Sequence record: LC765218.1
Direction: 5' to 3' (one strand)
Length of the DNA: 64,000 bases
The notes beneath the pieces are model-generated. The model made no database searches. It saw nothing but the letters and a program-made list of their open reading frames with translations, and was not told where the DNA came from. Shown here one piece after another: positions 18,402 to 27,272 of the stretch. Position 1 is the stretch's first letter; each line of letters opens with the position of its first letter. The position numbers were made by a program, and so were the translations under genes.

Positions 18402-18420
18402 AGCCTATATTACAACTGTG
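18397..18420 (+). promoter_or_regulatory. Early promoter
   Basis: TTTAAAGCC-TATATTAC-AACTGTG. Confidence 0.75.
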
Positions 18421-18448
18421 AATATACACCCACATAAAGGACAATGTA

Positions 18449-18658
18449 ATGGCTATTATCACCAATGTATTTGCTTTCGCTATCATCACTCTGTTCATCG
18501 TCTTTTTCCTGAAACAGGGACTTGCGGTCATGGGTGTCAAAACGAACCACCTGCCGATTAAACTGGCTAAAGCTTTCAATGCATCTGGTCCTTTGGCAGC
18601 AATCCTTCTTGCCGTATACTTGATCATGGCAACCTTTTATAACATCTTTCTGAGTTGA
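18449..18658 (+). CDS. Small 2-TM membrane protein
   Basis: 69 aa, AAGGA SD, two hydrophobic helices. Confidence 0.65.
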   Translation: MAIITNVFAFAIITLFIVFFLKQGLAVMGVKTNHLPIKLAKAFNASGPLAAILLAVYLIMATFYNIFLS

Positions 18659-18662
18659 TACC

Positions 18663-18851
18663 ATGGGATGGATTGTACTGATACTCACCTTCTTCGCTTC
18701 TCTTACGGTTGGAGGTGTAATGACTTTCTATGGCTTGGTAGCTAGCAGTAAAACCTTTTCAGATAGAATCTCTATGGTTCTATTTGGTGTAGTTATTATT
18801 GCTATCACCGGCTATAGTGGATATCATTTATTCGACATGCTTCCAAAATAG
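18663..18851 (+). CDS. Small 2-TM membrane protein
   Basis: 62 aa, two hydrophobic helices. Confidence 0.6.
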   Translation: MGWIVLILTFFASLTVGGVMTFYGLVASSKTFSDRISMVLFGVVIIAITGYSGYHLFDMLPK

Positions 18852-18859
18852 GAGTTAAC

Positions 18860-19120
18860 ATGGATTTGATGTTTACTAACCCAATAGCGTTTATTTACGG
18901 GACACTTAGCCTTCCTGGACTATTGATCATGACTGGCTATGCTGTATCGTGGTTGTTCGTAATGGGTGTATGCAAGTGGCTTCCTAATTGGAAGTACCTC
19001 TGCATGTTCCTCTGCGTCAGTTGGGCAATTAGCTTTGCGATTTATCTAGTAATGATCATTACGGCCCTGGTTAGCGTGTATACCCCTCTCCAGTTACCGC
19101 CGTGGACGCTCATGAACTAA
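18860..19120 (+). CDS. Small 2-TM membrane protein
   Basis: 86 aa, AGGAG SD. Confidence 0.65.
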   Translation: MDLMFTNPIAFIYGTLSLPGLLIMTGYAVSWLFVMGVCKWLPNWKYLCMFLCVSWAISFAIYLVMIITALVSVYTPLQLPPWTLMN

Positions 19121-19133
19121 CAAGGAGTTAATC

Positions 19134-19373
19134 ATGGAAACCATCATGCTGATCTGGTGGATCTCTATTTCGATTATCGCTGGGTCCCTGTTCGTAGCAA
19201 AACTGGTAAAAGATAACGATGATGTTCGTCGAACTCGTTTACCAAAGAAAGATATCATCATGCTCGACCGCATTAATATGATTTGCACTGCTCTCATATG
19301 GGGAGCTGCTATCGTAGCGCTGATCACTCTCTTCTTGGGTGGTCTTTTCATGATGATTGAAGCACAAGTGTAA
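19134..19373 (+). CDS. Small 2-TM membrane protein
   Basis: 79 aa, AAGGAG SD. Confidence 0.65.
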   Translation: METIMLIWWISISIIAGSLFVAKLVKDNDDVRRTRLPKKDIIMLDRINMICTALIWGAAIVALITLFLGGLFMMIEAQV

Positions 19374-19375
19374 GA

Positions 19376-19430
19376 CGGCATAAAGCTCCTACCTTCGGGT
19401 AGGAGCTATGCTTTATTTTTTTTTATTTTA
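19376..19430. terminator. Bidirectional terminator
   Basis: GCATAA-AGCTCCTACC-TTCG-GGTAGGAGCT-ATGC followed by a long T run. Confidence 0.85.
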
Positions 19431-19845
19431 ATCCAAGATCTTTCTCGATTTGTCTAGCTTGCGATGTACTTTGAATAGCCTTCGACTCTGCAAGTTCAAT
19501 CATGAACAAACAATCATTAAAGGGTAGTTCAAAGAACTCTAGTAAAGATAAACCATAAATGTCATTGATCTTGTAATTGACAAACTTCCGTATCCAAGTT
19601 CTTTCAGGTCCACCTTCTACGACGTTTTCCTTAGGATGCATTCTAACCAGATCTAAAGGATCAGCCTCTGGTGAATCATGATCGAAAATACCGTAGTCTT
19701 TATGGTAGGCCTTCCTGGTCAACATTTCGGCAATAGCTGGCCTTACGGCATCTAGCGTTCGCACGAGTTCATCGAATGCACTCTTACCATTAACAGTCTT
19801 GCGACCGAAAGAGTTCATTGTAACGTGCCCGTTGTCGTCCTCCAA
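19423..19845 (-). CDS. Tail-assembly chaperone T/gp51-like segment, probably the frameshift extension of the upstream gene
   Basis: TTG start without an obvious SD; the frame is open 49 codons further upstream. The C-terminal IYGLSLLEFFELP motif resembles gpT/gpE'/gp51-type segments. Confidence 0.55.
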   Translation of the reverse strand: MEDDNGHVTMNSFGRKTVNGKSAFDELVRTLDAVRPAIAEMLTRKAYHKDYGIFDHDSPEADPLDLVRMHPKENVVEGGPERTWIRKFVNYKINDIYGLSLLEFFELPFNDCLFMIELAESKAIQSTSQARQIEKDLGLK

Positions 19846-19883
19846 ATTAATTGTTAGACGACTATGCCGGGGGTCCTCGTTGA

Positions 19884-21485
19884 TTACTCCAGGTGCTTGG
19901 CTTTCTGGCCCGCCAACGTGAAAAATATTGCCATCATGTCTAGCGGTACAAGGTGCGGGAAACGTTCGTTGAATGCTTGGCCCTGAGGACCTTTACATTC
20001 TTTGCAGTTATGCGATGGAAGAGCTACCACAGCCAGTACACAAGAGTTAGTATACTCATGTACGGTATCAAAGAACTGCTCCGCGTACTGCGGATCACTC
20101 AGAGTGTTCGCCAGATAATCACTAATGATTTCCTGATCGTCGGAAAGCAGTTGATCTTCGAAGTCTTCTACATCGTCGTCCTTTTCATAGATACCATCTA
20201 CCCAATGAGCATACTGCATGGCGATAGTAGCTTTACTCAGTTTATCAATGTACGCTGAACGTTGAACACCATGTGGCGGTTCGTTAAATGTACCTTGAGA
20301 CATTTCGATCAATGTCTGAGACCACTGAGAAGCAGCCATCTTACGTTGAGCGATAGTCGGGATAGCAAGACGAACACCAATATCACCAAACCAGAATACT
20401 TTCTTACCGCCAATACCGAAACCTTCACGGTAAGCTTTGAAGTCTTCATCCGTAGCAGGTGCAAATTTCTTAGCGATAAATTTACGCTGATCATTACTGA
20501 ATACAGTGTTGTCAAACCAAACGATAGACGACATGTTAAGTTTTGCAGTGATACGAGCCGTACAGTTGTCCGGGTCTGCAATACATGGAACGTCGTAGTT
20601 GAATCCATCAATGTACATTGTAGAAGCTAGGGCATGATGCAGGATAGCTTCATCAAAGATCGATAGTTCATGTTCCAGGTCACTTGGAGTAATGAAGGAC
20701 TTGTTCGATGCAATAACACAAGACAGAGCCAGGTCAGTCATCGCGTTCATCATTACGGAACCAGCGTTAGAGAACGACATACCTTTGGTTTGCATTCCCA
20801 GCCGTAGCTTGATCTGCTGCATTTCTGTTTGCAATGCGACTACTTCAGTAAGTGTCGGAGCACGCAGGCGAAGCCAGATACCCGAACGAGGCATAAACGT
20901 TTCGTATGTCGCACCAAGACCAGATTTCTTGGAGAGGTATGCCAACAGTTCTTCTTTACTGTGTCGTTTATTACGATCGATCTTTTGAGAAGGGCGGCCT
21001 GGTCGAATAAGGTTACCGTTATCATGACCAGTAATACCTTGTTGCCATACAGAACCTTCACGTTCCGTCCCACCGATAGGAGTGGGGTCAAGGTTAGTAT
21101 GGTTCATACCAGCTACTAGAGAAATCAACCAATCTCGGTCACTGCTAGTAGTAGTGAGATCACCTTGGTGCATTCCATTCAATAGCGCCGAGTGACGTTC
21201 CAATACCTGGTTAAAGGTCTTGGGGTTTTCTAGAATGAAACTCATCAAAGAGGTCATACCAGGAATAGCTTCACTAGAACAAGAACGTGTCTCAGTGAAG
21301 TTAACTGGTTTCTGGTCAATTACCAGAGGAGGTAGTTCAGCAGCAGGCGAAGAAGATACTTCTTCCGCAGGTGCGTCCGGTAGAGTGGGACCCGTGGGCC
21401 CCTGTTCTACTTCTGCATCAGCTTGCTGTTCCCAATTACCCTCAGCAGGATAATTGTCTTCTTTATCCATATCAAGCTCTTGCAT
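19884..21485 (-). CDS. Putative tail/baseplate assembly chaperone (T4 gp26-like or lambda G-like; phiKZ gp77-region)
   Basis: 533 aa with two Cys pairs (CIADPDNC, CKEC) forming a Zn site; ends ...AIFFTL... as gp26-like chaperones do. Confidence 0.55.
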   Translation of the reverse strand: MQELDMDKEDNYPAEGNWEQQADAEVEQGPTGPTLPDAPAEEVSSSPAAELPPLVIDQKPVNFTETRSCSSEAIPGMTSLMSFILENPKTFNQVLERHSALLNGMHQGDLTTTSSDRDWLISLVAGMNHTNLDPTPIGGTEREGSVWQQGITGHDNGNLIRPGRPSQKIDRNKRHSKEELLAYLSKKSGLGATYETFMPRSGIWLRLRAPTLTEVVALQTEMQQIKLRLGMQTKGMSFSNAGSVMMNAMTDLALSCVIASNKSFITPSDLEHELSIFDEAILHHALASTMYIDGFNYDVPCIADPDNCTARITAKLNMSSIVWFDNTVFSNDQRKFIAKKFAPATDEDFKAYREGFGIGGKKVFWFGDIGVRLAIPTIAQRKMAASQWSQTLIEMSQGTFNEPPHGVQRSAYIDKLSKATIAMQYAHWVDGIYEKDDDVEDFEDQLLSDDQEIISDYLANTLSDPQYAEQFFDTVHEYTNSCVLAVVALPSHNCKECKGPQGQAFNERFPHLVPLDMMAIFFTLAGQKAKHLE

Positions 21486-21496
21486 TTTGTATTACC

Positions 21497-22093
21497 TTAT
21501 TTCACGAAGGAAACAGTATCAACACCAGCTTCTTGCATCTTAGCAATGAGACCCATCAGCAGTGGTTGAACAGCTGTTTCTACTTTATGTTGGAGATTTG
21601 CGTAACCCAAAGTCAGCTTACCGATTTGATCGAGATCAGCCAGATCAGGTGTACCAGTTTTGTTTACGTGAAGAATACTAAGAGCTTCCAGAGCACTGAT
21701 CATCTGTTCAATATCAGACATGCAGTTTTGCAGATCTTTAGAGAAACCTTCAGGATCACTGAGTTTACTCAGAATTTCTTCACGACGCTCCAGCGCCGGA
21801 ATGATAACAATGGAAGTAGCATTAAGAGCAGCAGCTGTAGTGCGATACAATTCGCGAAGAATGGCCCAGCCATCTTCTTTAATGAGTTGTTGTGCTGCTA
21901 CAGCAGAAACTTCTACAGCTTGGTCCAGTTGTTCTTTCGGGGACAGTGCGGTCATTTGATTGTGCTCCAATTTTGGATTATGGGGGAATATTTTATCAAG
22001 GGCTTCAGAGAGCCGTTTTTCATCTTCAGGAGTTGGTTTTGGATGGTGTATTGTATCCATCAAATTAAACGGCAGCTCACTAAACTTACTCAT
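21497..22093 (-). CDS. Conserved helical hypothetical protein
   Basis: 198 aa with AGGAG SD. Confidence 0.7.
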   Translation of the reverse strand: MSKFSELPFNLMDTIHHPKPTPEDEKRLSEALDKIFPHNPKLEHNQMTALSPKEQLDQAVEVSAVAAQQLIKEDGWAILRELYRTTAAALNATSIVIIPALERREEILSKLSDPEGFSKDLQNCMSDIEQMISALEALSILHVNKTGTPDLADLDQIGKLTLGYANLQHKVETAVQPLLMGLIAKMQEAGVDTVSFVK

Positions 22094-22217
22094 TGAAGCT
22101 CCTAATGGAATAGTGTAGTAACATAGATGTTACAGGAAACGTAACTTTTCACATATTACGAAGACATACCTGCAACATAACCGTATGTTAGATATTCATT
22201 TATACAGGATAATTCCA

Positions 22218-23069
22218 ATGAAAGAAATGCTAGATAGTATCCTCACTCCCCTAGTGATGGAAGAACGAAAAGAAATCATGCTTGAATGCGTAGCTTCCCT
22301 AGAGGAAATGGATTACTCGGCAGCTCTTGATGAACTGCATACCGTTTGCTCTATTGCTGATGACAATGCAGACACTATGATGTTGCTTGGCCGTATCGAC
22401 GATATTATCCGTGTGGCCCATGATCAGGTTCTAGCTGCACACGAAGTTAAAGTATCGGATGAGGCGACACAAGAGCAACGGCTTGCAATTGTCCATACTA
22501 TTTTAGGTTTGCCAAATTATATTCTTCCTGACCAGATTGAGTTGATTCTACAAGGCGATTTCGATAATGAGGAAATTCTTGCTCATCTGGTACCTATGTT
22601 TGAACGCCTTTCTTTCGACGAAGTGTGGCCTTTAATTAATGAAGTATCTGTTTCTTTCATCGATGCTTTAAAAGCGATGGTGCAAGACACTATGATGACG
22701 CGTGGTCACATCGACGAATACATCGCTCCTGTATCCCGTATCCGTGTTCTTAATCGATTGATGAATACCATAGGTCGAGATAAGTTTAGTATGGTTCTCG
22801 AACTGTCTAATTCTGGTATGCGAGTCGGACATGACTGGTTAGAACTCCTTTCTAATAGTCTTGAAAGCCTGGACAATAAGAACGCTCAAGATGCGGCTTA
22901 TGAAATGGTAGGTCTTGCATTCTTCTCTAATCTTCACCTCGATAGTATCTATAGCACTGTTAAAGTTTCTATCGATGAATACACAGAGAACGAGATGGAA
23001 CGTAATATCATGGAACGGGTGATCGACGAGATCAAGCGTAAAATGGGAAAGCTCTATGAAACTGCGTGA
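22218..23069 (+). CDS. Conserved virion-associated protein preceding the vRNAP subunit (phiKZ gp79-like by position)
   Basis: Track ORF 22185..23069; ATG 22218 has an AGGA SD; overlaps the next gene. Confidence 0.65.
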   Translation: MKEMLDSILTPLVMEERKEIMLECVASLEEMDYSAALDELHTVCSIADDNADTMMLLGRIDDIIRVAHDQVLAAHEVKVSDEATQEQRLAIVHTILGLPNYILPDQIELILQGDFDNEEILAHLVPMFERLSFDEVWPLINEVSVSFIDALKAMVQDTMMTRGHIDEYIAPVSRIRVLNRLMNTIGRDKFSMVLELSNSGMRVGHDWLELLSNSLESLDNKNAQDAAYEMVGLAFFSNLHLDSIYSTVKVSIDEYTENEMERNIMERVIDEIKRKMGKLYETA

Positions 23070-24399
23070 TTATTTCCTTTTAGGAATTAAAGCTGGTCTA
23101 TGTAAAAAACGTGCATGGATGAACAGTCTGTTCAACATCGTTTATAATAACGATGATATTCCTAACATGCCTTATAAGCCACATTTTGGTGAAGGCCGAA
23201 TGTGGTTCTACATGCCGAATGGCGATGAGAAAATTTTCATCGATGATTACATCGAAGGTCGAGCTCCTTTACACTTCCGTGATGAATTCATTTTACAACC
23301 GGGTGAAATAGAAAACTACAAAGGTACTGAACCGTTACGTACTACGTATGGTAATGTATTCGTTAACTACCTCTGTCTGGTCCTTCCGTTCGGGGATATC
23401 TTCCCATTTCAGACAGGATATTTCTCACCTGCTAAAATTGAGAATGAGCTGCTAGATAGACTGATTGACGACCGTGAAGATGGTAACGTCACTGAACGAG
23501 CACCGGATGGTAAGATCTACGTTTGGCAATATCTAATGTTTGCGGATCATTGTCTAGCTATTCCCGCTTACGCAGATAGCCTTGTTACTTCTGTTACACG
23601 TAAATCGATGACTGCTCACCCAGACAGAGATAAAGTACGTACAGCTCTTTTGGAACAATATAAAGATCAATTAACTGACCCAGCTATTGTTGCAAAAATA
23701 GGTAACGAACTTATTAAGATGGATGAAGAGTATCTATCTGACGATGAGTCGTATGAGTTCTATGATGCAAAACATGCTAAGCTATTCGGCGGTGTTCGTA
23801 AGAAAGTTCACTATCTATTTGGTGGTGAATCTCCGTTCTCGGATGGTACGTCGGTTGAACTTATCTCTAAGTCACTTGAAGAAGGCATTGATACAGATCA
23901 CATGCCTGTGATGAACAACTCTCTTCGTTATGGTTCTTATAACCGTGGTGCTCAGACTGCATTGGGTGGCGAGTCCACCAAGACTATTTATCGAATGGTC
24001 GGTACAGTCCGAATTATAGAACCTGACTGTAAAACACATATTGGTGTTCCAACGCGAGTAGATAAGTTTAATGCTAAAGAACTCGTTGGTTACACTATGG
24101 TTAAGGATGGAGAATCCATTCTTATTACCTCTGAAAACATTGATGGACTCATGGGTCAAATTATCGATGTACGCGGTCCAATGACGTGTAAGTCTGGACG
24201 TGACATTGAAAAGGGTATCCTTGGACGAGATAAGAATATCTGTGCTACTTGTGCGGGTAAAGCTCTTGCTGAGAACCCCAACGGTATTCCTGCTGCGGCA
24301 GCTGGTGTGGGTGGACGCTTCTTGAGTATCTTCATGTCGAAGATGCACAGTGCTACTCTGAAGACTGTTAAATGGGACCCGGTCCGTCGTCTTTCTTAA
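23056..24399 (+). CDS. rpoC: Virion RNA polymerase beta' middle fragment (phiKZ gp80-like)
   Basis: Bridge-helix-like RYGSYNRGAQTALGGESTKTIYRM...EPDC, Zn site C...CATCAG, trigger-like GGRFLSIFMSKMH. Confidence 0.85.
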   Translation: MKLRDYFLLGIKAGLCKKRAWMNSLFNIVYNNDDIPNMPYKPHFGEGRMWFYMPNGDEKIFIDDYIEGRAPLHFRDEFILQPGEIENYKGTEPLRTTYGNVFVNYLCLVLPFGDIFPFQTGYFSPAKIENELLDRLIDDREDGNVTERAPDGKIYVWQYLMFADHCLAIPAYADSLVTSVTRKSMTAHPDRDKVRTALLEQYKDQLTDPAIVAKIGNELIKMDEEYLSDDESYEFYDAKHAKLFGGVRKKVHYLFGGESPFSDGTSVELISKSLEEGIDTDHMPVMNNSLRYGSYNRGAQTALGGESTKTIYRMVGTVRIIEPDCKTHIGVPTRVDKFNAKELVGYTMVKDGESILITSENIDGLMGQIIDVRGPMTCKSGRDIEKGILGRDKNICATCAGKALAENPNGIPAAAAGVGGRFLSIFMSKMHSATLKTVKWDPVRRLS

Positions 24400-24404
24400 G
24401 ACAA

Positions 24405-24436
24405 AGGGGAATCTTACCAATTCCCCTAATTCTTTG
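24405..24436 (+). terminator. Hairpin after the vRNAP gene
   Basis: AGGGGAAT-7 nt-ATTCCCCT. Confidence 0.55.
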
Positions 24437-24461
24437 ACTATTCACAAACTAGGAAATCCCC

Positions 24462-25892
24462 ATGGCTAAAAATCGAAATCGTGGTTTCTCTATTCCTACC
24501 GTAGCTAAACTGGTAGAACCTGTTACTCCCGTTATTCCGGAAACTCCCCAAGAGACACCGGTTGAATACGGTCCCCTTTCTATTGAAGAACTACAAGCTG
24601 CTTTCGAAGGTCATGATGACAACGAAGTAGCAGCACTCGTAGCTCCTGTTCTAGCTGCACTTCATCGTGATGCGTTCTATGATGACGATGGTCGGATGCT
24701 GACTTGCGGTGAAGTTGTTGATAAGTTCGATACCGATGTTGAATCTGAAGCCGAAGCTGAAGACAGTGGTGACCCTAAAGGAGAAGAAGAAAGTGATCTC
24801 GAAGAGACTACTGATCTTCCTCCGGAAGGTGAAACCGAAGAAGAGCTGGCTGATCCAGAACCTACCCCCGCTCTGGTCGATCTGCTTCGAGAAGAAGCTA
24901 CCGCAGCTATTTCTGAACCTGAAGTAGTTGAGGAAGTCAAGCCTCTCGTTGATACTCCTGTATCGGGTTGGACTAAAGAAGAACTCGAACTGTATATCAA
25001 AGGCGAGCTTGTTGAAGATGTTCGTTACAATGTTCTGAAGGAAGCTATTGTTGAACATCAACGCCGTGAAGCTACTCTTGATCTAGCCTGGAATCCACAG
25101 CAATGTAAAGAGTTCCTTGTCAGTGGTATTGTTCCTGACAAAACTTCTAAAGGTGCTTGGAAATCCGACATCACTCGTTTTGCACGTAAAGCAACTCAAT
25201 GGACCACACAAGAACTTGAAAGCTGGGCTCTTGGTGAGATTCGCCCAGAGGGTTCTACCAGTGAACCCGCACTGGCCGTTGAACTGAAAGAACGTTTGAT
25301 GTTGGTTAGTAAGAGCAATGCTCCTGAAGATGTCATCCTGGCTTATAAAGCTCAAACCGGACAGACAACTCAGACTACCCATTTGACCGGAACTATTCCG
25401 ACTGCGGCTGCTCCGAAAGTAGATGTCGAAGCTGTTCGTATCCAACTCTCCTACGAAGGACTTACCGAAGTGAACCAAACTTACATTGAAGAAACTCTCA
25501 AGAAATACAAAGAAATTTGTGCTCCGGGTAAACCACTGACTCCGCAAACTGGTGTCATGGCGCAGAAACAACTGGATAACGTTATTCGTTATGTTATCAA
25601 TCTCGAAGATCCAGTTGGCTTTAAGAACGGTATGGAAATTATTCGGAAATTCATCACCGAAAACCGTAAGTCTCCTGGCCTGTTCGATGATAGCCATGCA
25701 TTCCGTTTCACTGATGGTTTGAGTGTTCAAGGTGGTGTACAAGAATCGCACATTCAGATCCTGACTCTGTTCTTCATCTTCGCCGATGAGAACAAAGAAG
25801 CGCGGACCCAGTACGATGTTCCTAGTCTGGTATCCCTCTTCCCGACTAAGCGTCAACCTCTCCTGCTTCAGTACTTCCAACAAGTACAGTAA
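24462..25892 (+). CDS. Conserved hypothetical protein with acidic N-terminus and internal W-x3-EL repeats
   Basis: 476 aa with AGGA SD. Confidence 0.75.
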   Translation: MAKNRNRGFSIPTVAKLVEPVTPVIPETPQETPVEYGPLSIEELQAAFEGHDDNEVAALVAPVLAALHRDAFYDDDGRMLTCGEVVDKFDTDVESEAEAEDSGDPKGEEESDLEETTDLPPEGETEEELADPEPTPALVDLLREEATAAISEPEVVEEVKPLVDTPVSGWTKEELELYIKGELVEDVRYNVLKEAIVEHQRREATLDLAWNPQQCKEFLVSGIVPDKTSKGAWKSDITRFARKATQWTTQELESWALGEIRPEGSTSEPALAVELKERLMLVSKSNAPEDVILAYKAQTGQTTQTTHLTGTIPTAAAPKVDVEAVRIQLSYEGLTEVNQTYIEETLKKYKEICAPGKPLTPQTGVMAQKQLDNVIRYVINLEDPVGFKNGMEIIRKFITENRKSPGLFDDSHAFRFTDGLSVQGGVQESHIQILTLFFIFADENKEARTQYDVPSLVSLFPTKRQPLLLQYFQQVQ

Positions 25893-25893
25893 A

Positions 25894-25925
25894 CATAACG
25901 CCCTCCCTTCAGGGAGGGCTTTATG
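25894..25925 (+). terminator. Terminator ending in TTTATG
   Basis: CATAAC-GCCCTCCC-TTCA-GGGAGGGC-TTTATG. Confidence 0.85.
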
Positions 25926-25965
25926 CCGGCAATGGTATAGGTTTTAAGAAAGAACAGGATTACAT

Positions 25966-27234
25966 ATGTTCGAATCATTATTAGCAGTTCTTAATAAGTA
26001 CGATGATACATTTCCACCAGGATCACAAATTCCAATTGCTGGTAGTGATTACTTTAGTTATTTCGGTGGGTTTAAAGCAGGCCTACCACAACCTGAAGCA
26101 TTCTCTAATCTAGTTGGTTTCACAGAGGGTACATTACACACTAGTGAAACAACTTGGTTTAAATACAAAGAGAATAACAGACTTATTTATTTACCGAAAA
26201 CACCTTTTAGACGAGGCGCTGCTAGATCGATTATAGAGAACCATGGACTCATCGATGGTAAGGAAATACAGATCGGTAGACATAAGTTCCTATGTCGTGT
26301 TATGACGGGTATTGATAACCCTGGTGCCAGTGCAACTGGTGGCGGCGAATATAACCGTTTGGTTTATTCGATGGTAATACCCAGACAATCTGGTGCAGCG
26401 GCATTTGAGTCATTCTCAACAAGTGACTTTGGTTTAGCTAGTACCGGTGGGGCTAATTGGGTACGTGAAGTCCAAACTACTGGTACTGACGTAGGTAAAG
26501 GCTTCTATCGTGGTTTTAATTCAATCAGCTATGTGGGTAGAGAAGTAGCTGGTTCAAATATGAATAACTACGGATGGCGTCCAATTCTAATTTGGATTGA
26601 CCCGGACATTATTCCATCGAAAGGACCTGGTACTGAATCACTTATAGCCGGTAATGACGATATAGGTTACTTTGGTCGTGTCCCATCTAGTGAATTAATT
26701 ACAGCATCTGCGTTAGCTACCTTAGTTGGTTTGAGCGAGGGGACTGTTCTTAATGAGGCACCGGACTGGTTTAAGTTCTCTCACAGAAGTACCATTCTTT
26801 ATATCCCACAAAAACCACTCAAAAACAACATGACATGGAATTCTCTGGCAAGTGCTGGATTGAATGGTAGGGGTAAACGAATCACTATCGGTGACAACGT
26901 ATACCAGTGTCGATTGATGTATATTGGCGCTACCGATACAGGTATAACCAATAACGCTGCTCCAGGAAGAGAATGGCGTGATCTAATGTATAACGTCCAT
27001 GGAACTGTAACCGGTACAAAGGCATGGGAAAACTTAACCAACGCTGATCTCGGGGTAGGTGGACAAGGAGCCGGTAGTTATAGCTGGGGTCAGGAAACTG
27101 GCTTAGTCGATGGTAAAACAGCATATGCCGGTATCGGTTATAGTAACATGTCCCAGTTGAATATTAACGTACCCACCAATACGGGTGCACATATGGGTTG
27201 GCGTCCTGTTCTAGAGTTGATTGGTAAAGCTTAA
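25966..27234 (+). CDS. Putative virion (tail/baseplate-associated) protein with two tandem homologous domains ending in GWRP
   Basis: Internal duplication: WFKYKE..IYLPKTP..CRVMTG..GGEYNRL..GWRPIL versus WFKFSH..LYIPQKP..CRLMYIG..GREWRDL..GWRPVL. Confidence 0.6.
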   Translation: MFESLLAVLNKYDDTFPPGSQIPIAGSDYFSYFGGFKAGLPQPEAFSNLVGFTEGTLHTSETTWFKYKENNRLIYLPKTPFRRGAARSIIENHGLIDGKEIQIGRHKFLCRVMTGIDNPGASATGGGEYNRLVYSMVIPRQSGAAAFESFSTSDFGLASTGGANWVREVQTTGTDVGKGFYRGFNSISYVGREVAGSNMNNYGWRPILIWIDPDIIPSKGPGTESLIAGNDDIGYFGRVPSSELITASALATLVGLSEGTVLNEAPDWFKFSHRSTILYIPQKPLKNNMTWNSLASAGLNGRGKRITIGDNVYQCRLMYIGATDTGITNNAAPGREWRDLMYNVHGTVTGTKAWENLTNADLGVGGQGAGSYSWGQETGLVDGKTAYAGIGYSNMSQLNINVPTNTGAHMGWRPVLELIGKA

Positions 27235-27272
27235 CGGCATAAAGCCACACCTAATGGTGGGGCAATATGTTG

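Noticed and set aside
17786-19373. Holin/spanin lysis cassette interpretation of the small membrane genes
   Set aside because: There is no endolysin or Rz/Rz1 overlap nearby, and an early-type promoter drives them.
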